A DNA stretch of 64,000 bases, taken from positions 800,001-864,000 of the forward strand of contig CBDATQ010000002.1 of the NCBI GenBank assembly GCA_965199955.1. Reading direction: 5' to 3'. Positions 9,518 through 19,279 of this stretch are shown one piece after another. The translations under genes and the position numbers were made by a program. Each line of letters begins with the position of its first letter. Position 1 is the stretch's first letter. The notes beneath the pieces are model-generated. The model did no database searches and had not been told where the DNA came from. It was given only the letters and a program-made list of their open reading frames with translations. Source of the stretch: Spirochaetia bacterium. Lineage in GTDB: Bacteria; Spirochaetota; Spirochaetia; SZUA-6; Bin103.

Positions 9518-10209
9518 TGCGCGGCATGAGCGAAACCGATGCTGCGGCGTTTCAGCGGGACGGGTACCTGCTGGTGCGCGGCATGTGGTCGGCGGAGCAG
9601 GCGCGCGCCATTCGCGCGGCGGTGGCGCGAGTGCTCGCCGACGGCATCGACCAGACCGGCGTGCTCGTGCTCGGGCCGGAGCGCGCGCCGCAGGACTTGC
9701 TGCGGGTCTGCACCGGGGATCCCATGCGGGCGGCGGTGCGGGCGATCATCGGGCCGAAGGTGGAGTTCCTGAGCGTCAAGCCGGTGGTCAAGACGTCCCG
9801 CATCACCGCGGCGTCTCCCTGGCACCAGGACTGGCCCTACTGGAAGGGAGCGCACAAGGTGTCGGCCTGGATCGCGCTGGATCCCGCGGAGATCGACAAC
9901 GGCTGCCTGCGCGTGGTGGCCGGGTCTCACGCCCGTGCCTGGGACCATCACCGGGACCACGGCCCCGAAGGGTTCGGCAACCGCGTGTCGGAGGAGGACG
10001 TGGCCGCGGCGTTCGGTGCCGCCGCGCTGCGGTCCGTGCCGATGGCCGCCGGTGACGCGCTGTTCTTCCACGACCGTCTGCTGCACGGTTCCCACCCGAA
10101 CGTCAGCGGACGTGACCGCTGGGCACTGATCCCCACCTATCGCGACGCGTCGGTGCCGGACGACCACACGCTGCCGGAGCTCTGGCGGGCGCCGATCACG
10201 CTGGGATAG
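9517..10209 (+). CDS. Phytanoyl-CoA dioxygenase (PhyH) family Fe(II)/2OG dioxygenase
   Basis: FQRDGYL, PWHQD, WIALD, NGCLRVVAGSH and LLHGSHPN; TGATG overlap with mmsA. Confidence 0.9.
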   Translation: MRGMSETDAAAFQRDGYLLVRGMWSAEQARAIRAAVARVLADGIDQTGVLVLGPERAPQDLLRVCTGDPMRAAVRAIIGPKVEFLSVKPVVKTSRITAASPWHQDWPYWKGAHKVSAWIALDPAEIDNGCLRVVAGSHARAWDHHRDHGPEGFGNRVSEEDVAAAFGAAALRSVPMAAGDALFFHDRLLHGSHPNVSGRDRWALIPTYRDASVPDDHTLPELWRAPITLG

Positions 10210-10220
10210 CATCACCGGCC

Positions 10221-10544
10221 ATGGCCTTTTACGAGATTCGACGGTACGAAGTCGCAGCCGGCAAGATGGACGAATGGCTGAGCCTCATGGAGGGGACGAT
10301 CATCCCTTTCCAGGTGGCGCGTGGCATGGTGATCGCCGGCAGCTTCCGGGACGAGGAGGACGACACCACCTACATCTGGATCCGCCGCTTCGAGTCGGAA
10401 GCGGAGCGGGAGCGCCTCTACGAGGCGGTGTACGAGGACGAGGAGTGGAAGGAGACGATCAGCCCCCGCGCGGGCGAGCTGATCAACCGGGACACCATGC
10501 AGGTGACCCGCGTCACGCCCACCTCACGGTCCGTGCTGCAGTAG
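10221..10544 (+). CDS. NIPSNAP family protein
   Basis: FYEIRRY...GKMDEW...YIWIRRFESEAERE...PTSRS. Confidence 0.85.
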   Translation: MAFYEIRRYEVAAGKMDEWLSLMEGTIIPFQVARGMVIAGSFRDEEDDTTYIWIRRFESEAERERLYEAVYEDEEWKETISPRAGELINRDTMQVTRVTPTSRSVLQ

Positions 10545-10575
10545 CGGCTCATTCTGCGAGTGAGATTCGCTTCGC

Positions 10576-11796
10576 TCATTCGTGGCGTAGCGCCTCCACC
10601 GGGTCCATGCGCGCGGCACGGCTGGCCGGGTAGAGCCCGGACGCCAGGCCGGTTCCGAACGCCAGGAAGAACGCCAGCCGCGCGGTCGCCGGAGAGATCA
10701 GCCCGGGCCACTGCGTTGCCTCGGCGACGATGTGGATGGCGGCCGCCGCCAAGCCGATGCCGGCCAGCCCACCGCCGCCGCAGATCAGCACCGCCTCCGC
10801 GACGAACTGGTTGAGGATCGACGCCTGATGGGCGCCGATCGCCTTACGGGTGCCGATCTCCCGCGTCCGTTCGCGCACGGAGACCAGCATGATGTTCATC
10901 ACGCCGATGCCGGCCACCACCAGCGCGATCACGCCCAGGAGCGAGACCATGGTGGTGATAGTGCCGGTGGTGGCGTCCGTCAGCTCCAAGACCTGATTCA
11001 TGTCCTCCACCCGGAACTTGCGATGGCGGCCGTCGTGGCGGCCATGGTTAGCGTCCAGGATCGCCAGGATCTGCTGCTTGGCCGTATCGATCTCGCGCAG
11101 GCTCGCCGCTTCGCCCCAGAGAAAGTAGATTCCACGCATGCCGGTAAGGCGTTCCAGGGTGGATACCGGCAGGAATACCCGCTCGTCGACGGACACGCCG
11201 AAGTCGAGCAGCCCTTTCTCCTGCGGAGTCAGTGCGCCGATCACTTCCAGCTCGAACGACCCTATGGAGATCAGCGCTCCGAGCGGCGACTCGTCCGGGA
11301 ACAGGTCGTTCGCGACCTGGGCGCCGAGCACCGCCACCTTGCGCTGCAGACGCTCGTCATCGCGGTTGAGGAACCGTCCCTGCGACACGCGAACCGGGGT
11401 TGCTCCGAGGTAGTAGTGCAGCGTGCCGTAGAGTGTGATGCCTGAAGTGCGCCCGCCGTAGCGCGCGGAATAGCCGCCGATGTCTACCGCCGGAGTCACC
11501 GCGGCAACGGCGTCGGCTTGGGCGTTGATCTGTTCCACGTCTTCGATGGTGATCCGTTCCGTGTCGTAGCTGTTGCCGTCGGCGTCGACCGCCTGCCAGT
11601 CCGGCATCACCATCAACGAGCCCGCCCCGAAGTCGGAGATCGCGTCACGCACCACGACCTTGGCGCCGTCGCCGAGGCCGACGATGGCGATCACCGAACC
11701 GACGCCGATGGTGATGCCCAGCACCGCCAGCACGGTGCGGAACCGGTTCGTCGCGACCGCGGCAGCAGCCTCGAAAAGGAGCGATCCGAGGCGCAT
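10576..11796 (-). CDS. MacB/FtsX-type ABC transporter permease
   Basis: LGITIGVGSVI and GIGVMNIMLVSVRERTREIGTRKAIGA; C-terminal DPVEALRHE. Alternative start at 11859. Confidence 0.92.
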   Translation of the reverse strand: MRLGSLLFEAAAAVATNRFRTVLAVLGITIGVGSVIAIVGLGDGAKVVVRDAISDFGAGSLMVMPDWQAVDADGNSYDTERITIEDVEQINAQADAVAAVTPAVDIGGYSARYGGRTSGITLYGTLHYYLGATPVRVSQGRFLNRDDERLQRKVAVLGAQVANDLFPDESPLGALISIGSFELEVIGALTPQEKGLLDFGVSVDERVFLPVSTLERLTGMRGIYFLWGEAASLREIDTAKQQILAILDANHGRHDGRHRKFRVEDMNQVLELTDATTGTITTMVSLLGVIALVVAGIGVMNIMLVSVRERTREIGTRKAIGAHQASILNQFVAEAVLICGGGGLAGIGLAAAAIHIVAEATQWPGLISPATARLAFFLAFGTGLASGLYPASRAARMDPVEALRHE

Positions 11797-11875
11797 GCCG
11801 GGAAGAAACCGTCGGCGTGCCGGCGGGCTCCCGGTGGGTCGGGCGCTACGCAGGGGCATGCGAGAGGGTCCGTCG

Positions 11876-13099
11876 TTACTCGCGACTCAAGGCCACCACC
11901 GGCGGCAGCCGCGCGGCCTTGCTGGCCGGGTAGACGCCGAAGAACAGGCCGATCGAGATCGACACGCCCAGGCCGACTCCGACCACTGCCGGCAGGTCCA
12001 GACGCCAGCCCAATCCCAGCGCGACGGCCAGCGCGCCGCCGAATCCCAGCATCACGCCGACCGAGCCGCCGAGCAGACAGATCACCACCGACTCGATCAG
12101 GAACTGGCCCATGATGTCACCGTCGCGGGCGCCGACCGCTTTTCGCAGGCCGATCTCGCGGGTGCGCTCGCTGACCGAGACCAGCATGATGTTCATGATT
12201 CCCATGCCGCCGACCAGGAGCGAGATGCCGGCGACCAGGGTCACTACCGTGGTGACGATTCCCAGCACCTGCCCTTCCGTTTCGATGCGCGCCTGATCGG
12301 TGTCCACGCGAAAGGACTGCAACGAGTCGGAGCCCGGCAGGACACGGTCCAGAAAGAACTGCACGCGGGTGATCGATTCGGCCAGGCGCGCGCTGTCGCG
12401 GGCGCGCATCGTCACCTCCGGAACATGCGGCCCGTGATCCCGCCACTCGTGGATAGTGGAGTAGACGTCAAACGGCAGGTAAGCGGTGCGATCGTTCGAA
12501 CCGTCGCCGGCGGAGTTGAGGCCGCGCTCTCCCAACACGCCGACCACCTCCAGGTGCAATCGGCCGACCTGTACCGTGGCGCCCACGGCACGCTGGGCAT
12601 CGCCGAACAGCCTGTCTGCGATGCGGTTGCCGAGGACGATCACGTGCCGCTCCAGCCTGCGGTCGTCTTCGTCGAGGAAACGGCCTGCCAACACGGGCGG
12701 CGACCAGATGTCGTTGTACTCCGGACCCACGCCGTAGATTTGAGCGTTCTCTTCCTTGTTGCGGAAGCCGACCTCGCCATCCCCACGCACCAGAGGGGTG
12801 AGCCAACTGGTATCGCGCACAAGATCGTGGATCCCCGCCACGTGATAGTCGCGCAGGTATTGCCGCCGTTTCTCGCTGCGCTCCCACCAGTTTTCGCCGC
12901 GCTCAGGCTCTATCCAGTACAGGGCGCCGCCGAGCGCCGCGACGTCGTCCATCACCGCTTTGCGTCCCATGATGCCGATCGACATCACCGCGATCACCGA
13001 GGCGACGCCGATCACGAGGCTGAGGATGGTCAGCGCGGTGCGGAGCTTGTTGTGGCGGACCGTGTCGAACGCCTCGCGGATGCCCTCGGTCACCTTCAT
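11876..13099 (-). CDS. MacB/FtsX-type ABC transporter permease
   Basis: NKLRTALT and GGMGIMNIMLVSVSERTREIGLRKAVGA; C-terminal PVVALSRE. Confidence 0.92.
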   Translation of the reverse strand: MKVTEGIREAFDTVRHNKLRTALTILSLVIGVASVIAVMSIGIMGRKAVMDDVAALGGALYWIEPERGENWWERSEKRRQYLRDYHVAGIHDLVRDTSWLTPLVRGDGEVGFRNKEENAQIYGVGPEYNDIWSPPVLAGRFLDEDDRRLERHVIVLGNRIADRLFGDAQRAVGATVQVGRLHLEVVGVLGERGLNSAGDGSNDRTAYLPFDVYSTIHEWRDHGPHVPEVTMRARDSARLAESITRVQFFLDRVLPGSDSLQSFRVDTDQARIETEGQVLGIVTTVVTLVAGISLLVGGMGIMNIMLVSVSERTREIGLRKAVGARDGDIMGQFLIESVVICLLGGSVGVMLGFGGALAVALGLGWRLDLPAVVGVGLGVSISIGLFFGVYPASKAARLPPVVALSRE

Positions 13100-13827
13100 G
13101 ACGGCGGCTCCGCTTCAGGAGGAGCGGCCGGGACGCTCGCGTGCCGCCGGGTCACCGGCTCGTCGCGGGTGATCAGCCCGTCCCGCAGGTGAATGACGCG
13201 GCGGCTGCAGGCGGCGATGTCGGCGTCGTGCGTGACCAGGATGATGGTGGCGCCCGACAGGTTGAGCTCGGTGAGCAGCTCCATGATCTCCTTGCCGGTG
13301 GCCGAGTCCAAGTTGCCCGTGGGCTCGTCCGCGAACACGATCGACGGGTAGTTGACCAGCGCACGGGCGATGGCGACGCGCTGGCGCTGGCCGCCGGACA
13401 TCTCGGTGGGGCGGTGGCGCACGCGGTCGCCGAGGCCGACCCGCTCCAGGGCTTCGGTGGCGCGCCAGCGGCGGTCGCGGCGCCGGACGCCCGCGTAGAT
13501 CATGGGCAGCTCGACGTTGCGCAGCGCCGTCATGCGCGGCAGCAGGTTGAAGGTCTGGAAGATGAAGCCGACCCGCTCGTTGCGGACGCGCGCCAGCTCG
13601 TGGTCGGACATCCGCGACACGTCGGCGCCGGCCAGCTCGTAGGTGCCGGCGCTCGGCCGGTCCAGGCAGCCGACGATGTTCATCAGGGTCGATTTTCCCG
13701 AACCCGACGGGCCCATGACCGCCACGAACTCGTGCTCGTCGATCGACAGGTCGATCCCGGCGAGGGCGGTGACGGTCACGTCGGCCCCCATCGGATAGAC
13801 CTTGGTGATGCCGGCCAGGCGGATCAC
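13096..13827 (-). CDS. ABC transporter ATP-binding protein (MacB/LolD type)
   Basis: Walker A GPSGSGKST, signature MSGGQRQR, Walker B ADEPTGNLD and VTHD. Confidence 0.95.
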   Translation of the reverse strand: MIRLAGITKVYPMGADVTVTALAGIDLSIDEHEFVAVMGPSGSGKSTLMNIVGCLDRPSAGTYELAGADVSRMSDHELARVRNERVGFIFQTFNLLPRMTALRNVELPMIYAGVRRRDRRWRATEALERVGLGDRVRHRPTEMSGGQRQRVAIARALVNYPSIVFADEPTGNLDSATGKEIMELLTELNLSGATIILVTHDADIAACSRRVIHLRDGLITRDEPVTRRHASVPAAPPEAEPPS

Positions 13828-15269
13828 GACCGCTCCGTGGATGCCTCTTCGGCCGACCGGTCATCTGCCGGCGTCTCGTCCGAGGCGGAGCCCTCGGCAT
13901 CCTGCCCGTCGTCCGGCGCGTCCGCGGCGTCCTGCTCCGTCGGTTGCTCCTGTGCCCGCTCCCCCTCGTCCAGCGGCGGCTCCTGCTCGACCATTACCGA
14001 CAGGCCGTCGCGCAGCAGCGCCAGGTTGCCGACGACGACCAGCTCGCCCGGTTCGACGCCCTCCTTCACCTCCACCTGGCTGGGGGTGGACACGCCGACG
14101 TCGACGTCGCGGCGTTCCAGGACGTATTGGCTGTCGTCCCCGTCGACGGGATTGGCCACGAACGCGATCGTGGCGCCGGCCCGCTCCAGCAGTGCGACGT
14201 AGGGGACAGCGGTGGCGTCCTGCTTCAACTCCGCGTCGATGCGCGCGCGGCAGGAGGAGCCCGCGAGCAGGCGCGCGCCGTCGGGCACGCTGTCTTCGTC
14301 GACGTCGACGTCGATGGTGACCAGCGGTACGTTGCCGGTCATTTCCATGCTCGGCGGCACCAGCGTGATCGTCCCGGTCAACTCCACGTCACGGAGGGTC
14401 TCCGTGGTAAGGACTACCTGCTGGCCCACCCGGATCTTGCCGATGTCGACCTCGTCGATCTGCACGCCGGCGAGGATGTCGTCCAGGGTCTCAACCGTGG
14501 CGACGGGTTGGCCGGCGCCCGTCTGATTGCCGAGCGTGGCGTCGAGCTTGGTCACTGTCCCGTCGAGCGGCGCCATGACCGTCGCCTGGCGCAGGTCTTC
14601 GGCCGCCTTGTCCGCGGCCAACCGCGCCTGAATCACGCTCGGGTCGTTGGCGATGATGCGCACATCCCCGCCGGAGTCCATGGGTGGTTCGGCATCGACC
14701 GGCAGGCTGGCCGCCAGATTGAGCTCGGCTCGGGCGCTCTGCAGCGCATCGAACGCATCTCGCTCGGCTTGCTCTGCCTGCGCCAGCTCGTCGTCCGACA
14801 CCGATCCGCTGCGGTGCAGGGTCCGGTTGCGCTGCAGGGAACGGACGCGATCGTTCCACGTCCGCTCCGCCGAGACGATGGTGGCCCGAAGCTTGGCCAG
14901 CCGGTGCGCCAAGCCCAGCTCGGCCTCGCGCAGCGACGCCTGGGACTGCGCCAGCGCGTTCCGCAGATCGGTCTGCTCGAACTGGACCAGTGTCTGACCG
15001 GTCGTGACCTGGTCGCCCACCTGGACGGGAATCGCAACGGCCCGTCCACCTACGTCCGAGGTGACCGCGACGCTGCGCCGCGAACGGAAGGTGCAGCTTC
15101 CGACGACCCGGGTCTGCATCGTGGTCGTCACCGCCGCTTCGACCTCTACCGGGATCGCATCGGCCAGCGAATCGCTGGCGAACAGGCGGTTGAGCGCGAT
15201 GGCGGCAACGATCAGCAGCACCACGGCGACTCCCGCAATCCGGAGCAACCGGCTGGTTCGTCGTTTCAT
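13824..15269 (-). CDS. Efflux periplasmic adaptor / membrane fusion protein (MacA/HlyD-like)
   Basis: N-terminal TM, lipoyl half-motifs (VQVGDQVTTGQTL, APLDGTV), helical hairpin and IDEVDIGKIRVGQ; acidic tail. Confidence 0.88.
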   Translation of the reverse strand: MKRRTSRLLRIAGVAVVLLIVAAIALNRLFASDSLADAIPVEVEAAVTTTMQTRVVGSCTFRSRRSVAVTSDVGGRAVAIPVQVGDQVTTGQTLVQFEQTDLRNALAQSQASLREAELGLAHRLAKLRATIVSAERTWNDRVRSLQRNRTLHRSGSVSDDELAQAEQAERDAFDALQSARAELNLAASLPVDAEPPMDSGGDVRIIANDPSVIQARLAADKAAEDLRQATVMAPLDGTVTKLDATLGNQTGAGQPVATVETLDDILAGVQIDEVDIGKIRVGQQVVLTTETLRDVELTGTITLVPPSMEMTGNVPLVTIDVDVDEDSVPDGARLLAGSSCRARIDAELKQDATAVPYVALLERAGATIAFVANPVDGDDSQYVLERRDVDVGVSTPSQVEVKEGVEPGELVVVGNLALLRDGLSVMVEQEPPLDEGERAQEQPTEQDAADAPDDGQDAEGSASDETPADDRSAEEASTERS

Positions 15270-15282
15270 GTCGGGATCATCC

Positions 15283-16173
15283 TCACGCCAGAATTGCCAA
15301 CCTGCCGCCGACGGCGGCGTCGACCACTGCCCACAGCGCCGCGATGCAGGCGGTCTGGGTCAGTGCGCGCCGTGCGGGCAGGCGCAGCAGCACGGCGGCG
15401 CCGAACGCCAGCACCGACAACGCCCACAGTCCGAACGGATCGGACAGCAGCACGACGAATCGGTCGACGATCGCGGGCAGGTTCCAGTCGGCCAGCGACA
15501 CCAGGTCGAAGCGCATGACGATCAGCTCACGGTATTCGGCGACCGTGGTCGCGTTCGCTGCCGACTCTGGATCGGTCGCCAGCGTGAGCGCCCCGGACAG
15601 GAGACGCCGCATGGCGAGCGGCACGAACGCGACGCCCACCAGACGGATCGACGCGCGGGGCCGGTCGGACGGGGTCGGTTCTTCGCCGCCGAAGAATTGC
15701 GTCAGCACCATCAGCGCCACCCAGGTCAACCCGAGTGCGGCCAGCAGGGCGGCGGCAGCCAGCATCACCCGAAACGTCTTCGCCGCGGGCGTGGACGGCG
15801 CGATCAACCGGCTATAGGCCGCCGTGTGCTGCGTCCGGACGTCGTTCTCATCGCTGAACACCGCGGCGCGTTCCGCGATGTGGCGCGCCTCCACCAAGGC
15901 GATCTCCCGCATGACCGGGGATCGGGCGTGCCATAGGATCAGGGTCTCGCCGACCGCCGTGATGCCGAATACGAGCACCAGCACGGCGAACATGGAGAAG
16001 GTGGGCGTGTCCTTGGGGTCGAAGGCCCGGCCCGGGCGCATGGCCGCGCGCGCCAGCGCCGCGAGGAAGCGCACGGGGAGAGGGAAATGACCCCGGCCCC
16101 GGTCGTCACTCTTCGAGTGACGTTCGCTTCGCTCTCTTCGGTCGACCGACGCCATTGCTTGTGAAGTAAGCAT
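15283..16173 (-). CDS. Membrane protein, Yip1/YknW-like
   Basis: About 5 TM segments, RPGRAF and DPFGLW motifs; first gene of the MacAB-like operon. Confidence 0.6.
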   Translation of the reverse strand: MLTSQAMASVDRRERSERHSKSDDRGRGHFPLPVRFLAALARAAMRPGRAFDPKDTPTFSMFAVLVLVFGITAVGETLILWHARSPVMREIALVEARHIAERAAVFSDENDVRTQHTAAYSRLIAPSTPAAKTFRVMLAAAALLAALGLTWVALMVLTQFFGGEEPTPSDRPRASIRLVGVAFVPLAMRRLLSGALTLATDPESAANATTVAEYRELIVMRFDLVSLADWNLPAIVDRFVVLLSDPFGLWALSVLAFGAAVLLRLPARRALTQTACIAALWAVVDAAVGGRLAILA

Positions 16174-16196
16174 ACCCCATCACATAGTCAAAGATG

Positions 16197-16208
16197 AAAG
16201 TTAACTTT
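16197..16208. promoter_or_regulatory. Perfect 12-bp palindrome AAAGTTAACTTT, candidate operator
   Basis: Lies in an AT-rich patch 24-35 bp upstream of the first ATG of the exporter operon. Confidence 0.4.
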
Positions 16209-16240
16209 TTGAAGGGGACTGGCTCTCGCGGGCCCGGATG

Positions 16241-16969
16241 CTACGCGTACGAGACCCGAGGCTTGATCACCAGCTCCGTGATGCAGGCACGGTCGGGCAG
16301 GGTGGCGGCCAGAAGCGTGGCCGCCGCCACGTCCTCAGGCTGCAGCATCGCCTGGCGCCGTTCGGCGCTCACCGGCTCCGGGCGCCGGTCCAGGATCGGC
16401 GTCTCCACCTCACCGGGCAGGATGACCGTGGAGCGGATGCCGTTGCGGGACTCCTCGTCGTTGATGACCGCGTTCAGTCCCATCACGCCGTGCTTGGCCG
16501 CGCTGTAGGCCGCGCCGGCCAGGCTCGAGCCCCAGCGTCCCGCGGTGGAGCCGATGTGGACGATCGTCCCGGCGCCTGCCGCGCGCATCGCCGGCAGCGC
16601 GACCCGCACGCAGTAGAAGACGGCCGACAGATCCACCGCCACCGTCTGGTCCCAGTCCGGAAGCGACACTCCGGAAACCGAACGGGGATTGGTGTTGATG
16701 CCGGCGTTGTTGACCAGGATCGTGGCCGGCCCGTGCGCGTTGGCCGCTTCGGCGAAGGAGGCCTGCACGGCGTCGTAGTCCGATACGTCGCAGGGGCAGG
16801 AGTGCACGCGGTCGCCGCCGATCCGGCCGGCCACGTCGGCAAGCGGCTCCGGCCGCCGGCCGATCAGGGTCACCGCGGCTCCCGCGCCGTGCAGCGCGGC
16901 GGCGATGGCGGCGCCGATGCCGGTGCCGGCGCCGGTGACGACGGCAGCGGTGCCGTCGAGCGCCGCCAC
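16241..16969 (-). CDS. Short-chain dehydrogenase/reductase
   Basis: TGAGTGIG, LVNNAG and YSAAK (YxxxK). Confidence 0.92.
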   Translation of the reverse strand: MAALDGTAAVVTGAGTGIGAAIAAALHGAGAAVTLIGRRPEPLADVAGRIGGDRVHSCPCDVSDYDAVQASFAEAANAHGPATILVNNAGINTNPRSVSGVSLPDWDQTVAVDLSAVFYCVRVALPAMRAAGAGTIVHIGSTAGRWGSSLAGAAYSAAKHGVMGLNAVINDEESRNGIRSTVILPGEVETPILDRRPEPVSAERRQAMLQPEDVAAATLLAATLPDRACITELVIKPRVSYA

Positions 16970-17035
16970 TACGAAATCCTCGTGGAGAGCATGAAGTGCT
17001 TCATCGTGGCGGCAGTGTAGGATGCGGCCACGCCC

Positions 17036-17947
17036 ATGGGAAACCTGACGCTGTCACGCCTGCGGCGCGCCTCCTTCATCGTCCTGACCGCAACGGTGGT
17101 GATGGTCACCGCCGCGCTGGTCGTCGCCTTGGCGCTGCCGGACTCACCGCAGGAGGTGACCGAACGGTTCCTCCGCGCCCGCTATGCCCGCGACGCCGAG
17201 CGGCTCTATGAGCTCGCCTCCGCGGCCGATCGGGCCGAGCGGACCCTGGCAGAGTTCCTGGAGGTCAATCCGCCGTTCCCGGAGGCGTTCCAGCCGGGGG
17301 TCGACGCCCTGGCGGCGGCGATACGCTTCTTGGGGGCCGATTCCGGCGTGATCGGCGATCAGGCGCGGGTGACGATCCGCGCCAGGCTGCCCAACTCCGC
17401 CGACGGCGACCTGAACGCGTTGCTGCACGCCACGGAGGCTGACCGCGCGTTCGGCGGATCGGAGTCGCCTCGGGACGTGGTGCGCAGCATCCGCGCCGAC
17501 GCGCGCGCCGGCCGCCTGCCGGTGGTGGAGGTGACCGAGACGGTGGACCTGATCCGGGAAAGCGGACGGTGGCGCGTGATCATGGGCTGGGACGCGGATC
17601 TGCCGGTGACGCTGGCCGCCCTGGTGGCCGACGGCCTGCCGCTGGAGTTCGCGGTCGTCTCCGAACCGGAGCTGCGCGTGCGGCCTGGCGAGACCGCGCG
17701 CGCCACGTTCGCCGTACGCAACACCTCGGACGAGCCTCTGCGCGTGATGGCGACGCACGCCTACACTCCGCCGGCCGCACAGCGACACGTCGAGCTGATC
17801 CAGTGCTTCTGTTTCTTCGAGGAGCGCCTGGAGCCTGGCGAGTCCCGCGAGCTGTCCTTGGTGTTCCGTCTGGGCTGGGACCTGCCGAGCGCGATCGACG
17901 CCGTGGACATCACCTACCGCTACGGCCCGGTCGACGCCGGCGGTTAG
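17036..17947 (+). CDS. Membrane-anchored protein with C-terminal CtaG/Cox11-like copper-chaperone domain
   Basis: N-terminal TM; C-terminal VRPGETARATFAVRN...IQCFCFFEERLEPGESRELSLVF with the CFCF copper motif. Confidence 0.7.
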   Translation: MGNLTLSRLRRASFIVLTATVVMVTAALVVALALPDSPQEVTERFLRARYARDAERLYELASAADRAERTLAEFLEVNPPFPEAFQPGVDALAAAIRFLGADSGVIGDQARVTIRARLPNSADGDLNALLHATEADRAFGGSESPRDVVRSIRADARAGRLPVVEVTETVDLIRESGRWRVIMGWDADLPVTLAALVADGLPLEFAVVSEPELRVRPGETARATFAVRNTSDEPLRVMATHAYTPPAAQRHVELIQCFCFFEERLEPGESRELSLVFRLGWDLPSAIDAVDITYRYGPVDAGG

Positions 17948-18138
17948 CTCCCTGCCGCGGTCTCCGTTTCGCCGAGATCTACGTCGTCGACTGGCGGGAG
18001 ATCGGCATCGATGTCCAGGAAGTCTTCGGGCAACGGCCCCGGGCGCGACAGGACCGCAAGAAGCCGTTCGGTCTGCTCCGGTTGGAGGATGAACTGATCG
18101 TCCTTGCTGCTGACCATCGCTTCGTCGCCTGCCTGCAC
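17944..18138 (-). pseudogene. N-terminally truncated VapB (AbrB/VagC-type) antitoxin
   Basis: GDEAMVSSKDDQFILQP...LLAVLSRPGPLPEDFLDIDADLPPVDDVDL resembles the C-terminal two thirds of VagC/VapB. No toxin is adjacent. Confidence 0.5.
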
Positions 18139-18160
18139 GAAGCCCCGTGACCCTCGGGCG

Positions 18161-19225
18161 CTACAACGAAACCGGCCGGCCGGTGCGGACGGATTCGATC
18201 GCCGCCTCGCTGACCACGGAGCCGAACGCGCCGTGGCGGCCGGGCGACAGGTTCACTGCCGCGCCGCGCGCCACGTCGATCAGGTTCGCGGAGGGACCGC
18301 CGACCGGGTAGGTGTCCTCCAGCGGTTCGTACTCGGTGAGGCCGTCTGCGCCGTCCACGGTGAGCGTCCCCTTCCAGAGCTCCTGCTCCAGGACACCGCC
18401 GGTGCCGTGCACGCGCAGCTCGTAGTGCATCTTCGCGGCCGTCGCCGCCCCGTTGGAGGCCAGGCTCACCAGCGTGCCGTCGTCGAGCACGATCACCAGC
18501 GCGTCGTAGACGTCCACTGTCGCGCCGTCGTTCTCGAAGCGCGCGAACACCTCGACCGGCTTCCGCTCCGTGAGGTAGCTGACGTACGCTGCCGGATGGG
18601 AGACCTGCGTGTAGATCTGGCCGCCGCCGGCGATCGCCGGGTCGCTGTAGGAGGTCTGGCCCGGCACCAGGTAGGGCCGCTGGTGCTCGGAGCGCGCCTC
18701 GTCCTCGGACGGCATCGCCTCGTCCCACTCCAGCCCGTGGTAGAGGCCTTGGGTGAGATTGGTGAACAGGATGCTGATCATCCGCACCGTGCCGATGCCT
18801 CCGGCCTGCAGCACGCGGCGCGCCTCCTGGCAGTGGCGTGTGAAGTGATAGGTGGCGCCCACCATGAGGTGCAGCCCTTTCTCGTCGGCAAGGCGCACTA
18901 GATCCAGGCCCTCGGAGCCGCGGATCGTGAACGGCTTCTCGATCAGCACGTGCAGGCCGCGTTCAAGCGCCGCCTTGCCCTGCTCGTAGTGGAGCGCCGG
19001 CACGGAGCTGATCACGACCGCCTGCAGCCTGTCGATCGCCAGCACTTCGTCGGCGGTCGTGCAGGCGCGCGCGACGCCGAAGTCGCGGGCGATGCGCTCC
19101 GCGGTCGCTCCGTCGCGGTGCTGCACCGCCACTAGGTCGGCGTGAGGATTGTCCCGCAGGGCCGGCACATGGGCGGTCGTACCCCACCAGCCGGCGCCGA
19201 TCACCGCGCACTTCACTTGCTCCAT
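18161..19225 (-). CDS. Gfo/Idh/MocA family oxidoreductase
   Basis: VIGAGWWG, HVLIEKP and GGGQIYTQVSH. Start placed 7 nt after TATGCT. Confidence 0.9.
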   Translation of the reverse strand: MEQVKCAVIGAGWWGTTAHVPALRDNPHADLVAVQHRDGATAERIARDFGVARACTTADEVLAIDRLQAVVISSVPALHYEQGKAALERGLHVLIEKPFTIRGSEGLDLVRLADEKGLHLMVGATYHFTRHCQEARRVLQAGGIGTVRMISILFTNLTQGLYHGLEWDEAMPSEDEARSEHQRPYLVPGQTSYSDPAIAGGGQIYTQVSHPAAYVSYLTERKPVEVFARFENDGATVDVYDALVIVLDDGTLVSLASNGAATAAKMHYELRVHGTGGVLEQELWKGTLTVDGADGLTEYEPLEDTYPVGGPSANLIDVARGAAVNLSPGRHGAFGSVVSEAAIESVRTGRPVSL

Positions 19226-19279
19226 GAGCGCAAGCATAGGTCCGGCGCTCATCGCGGCTCAACTGCTATCTTGGGCGGC

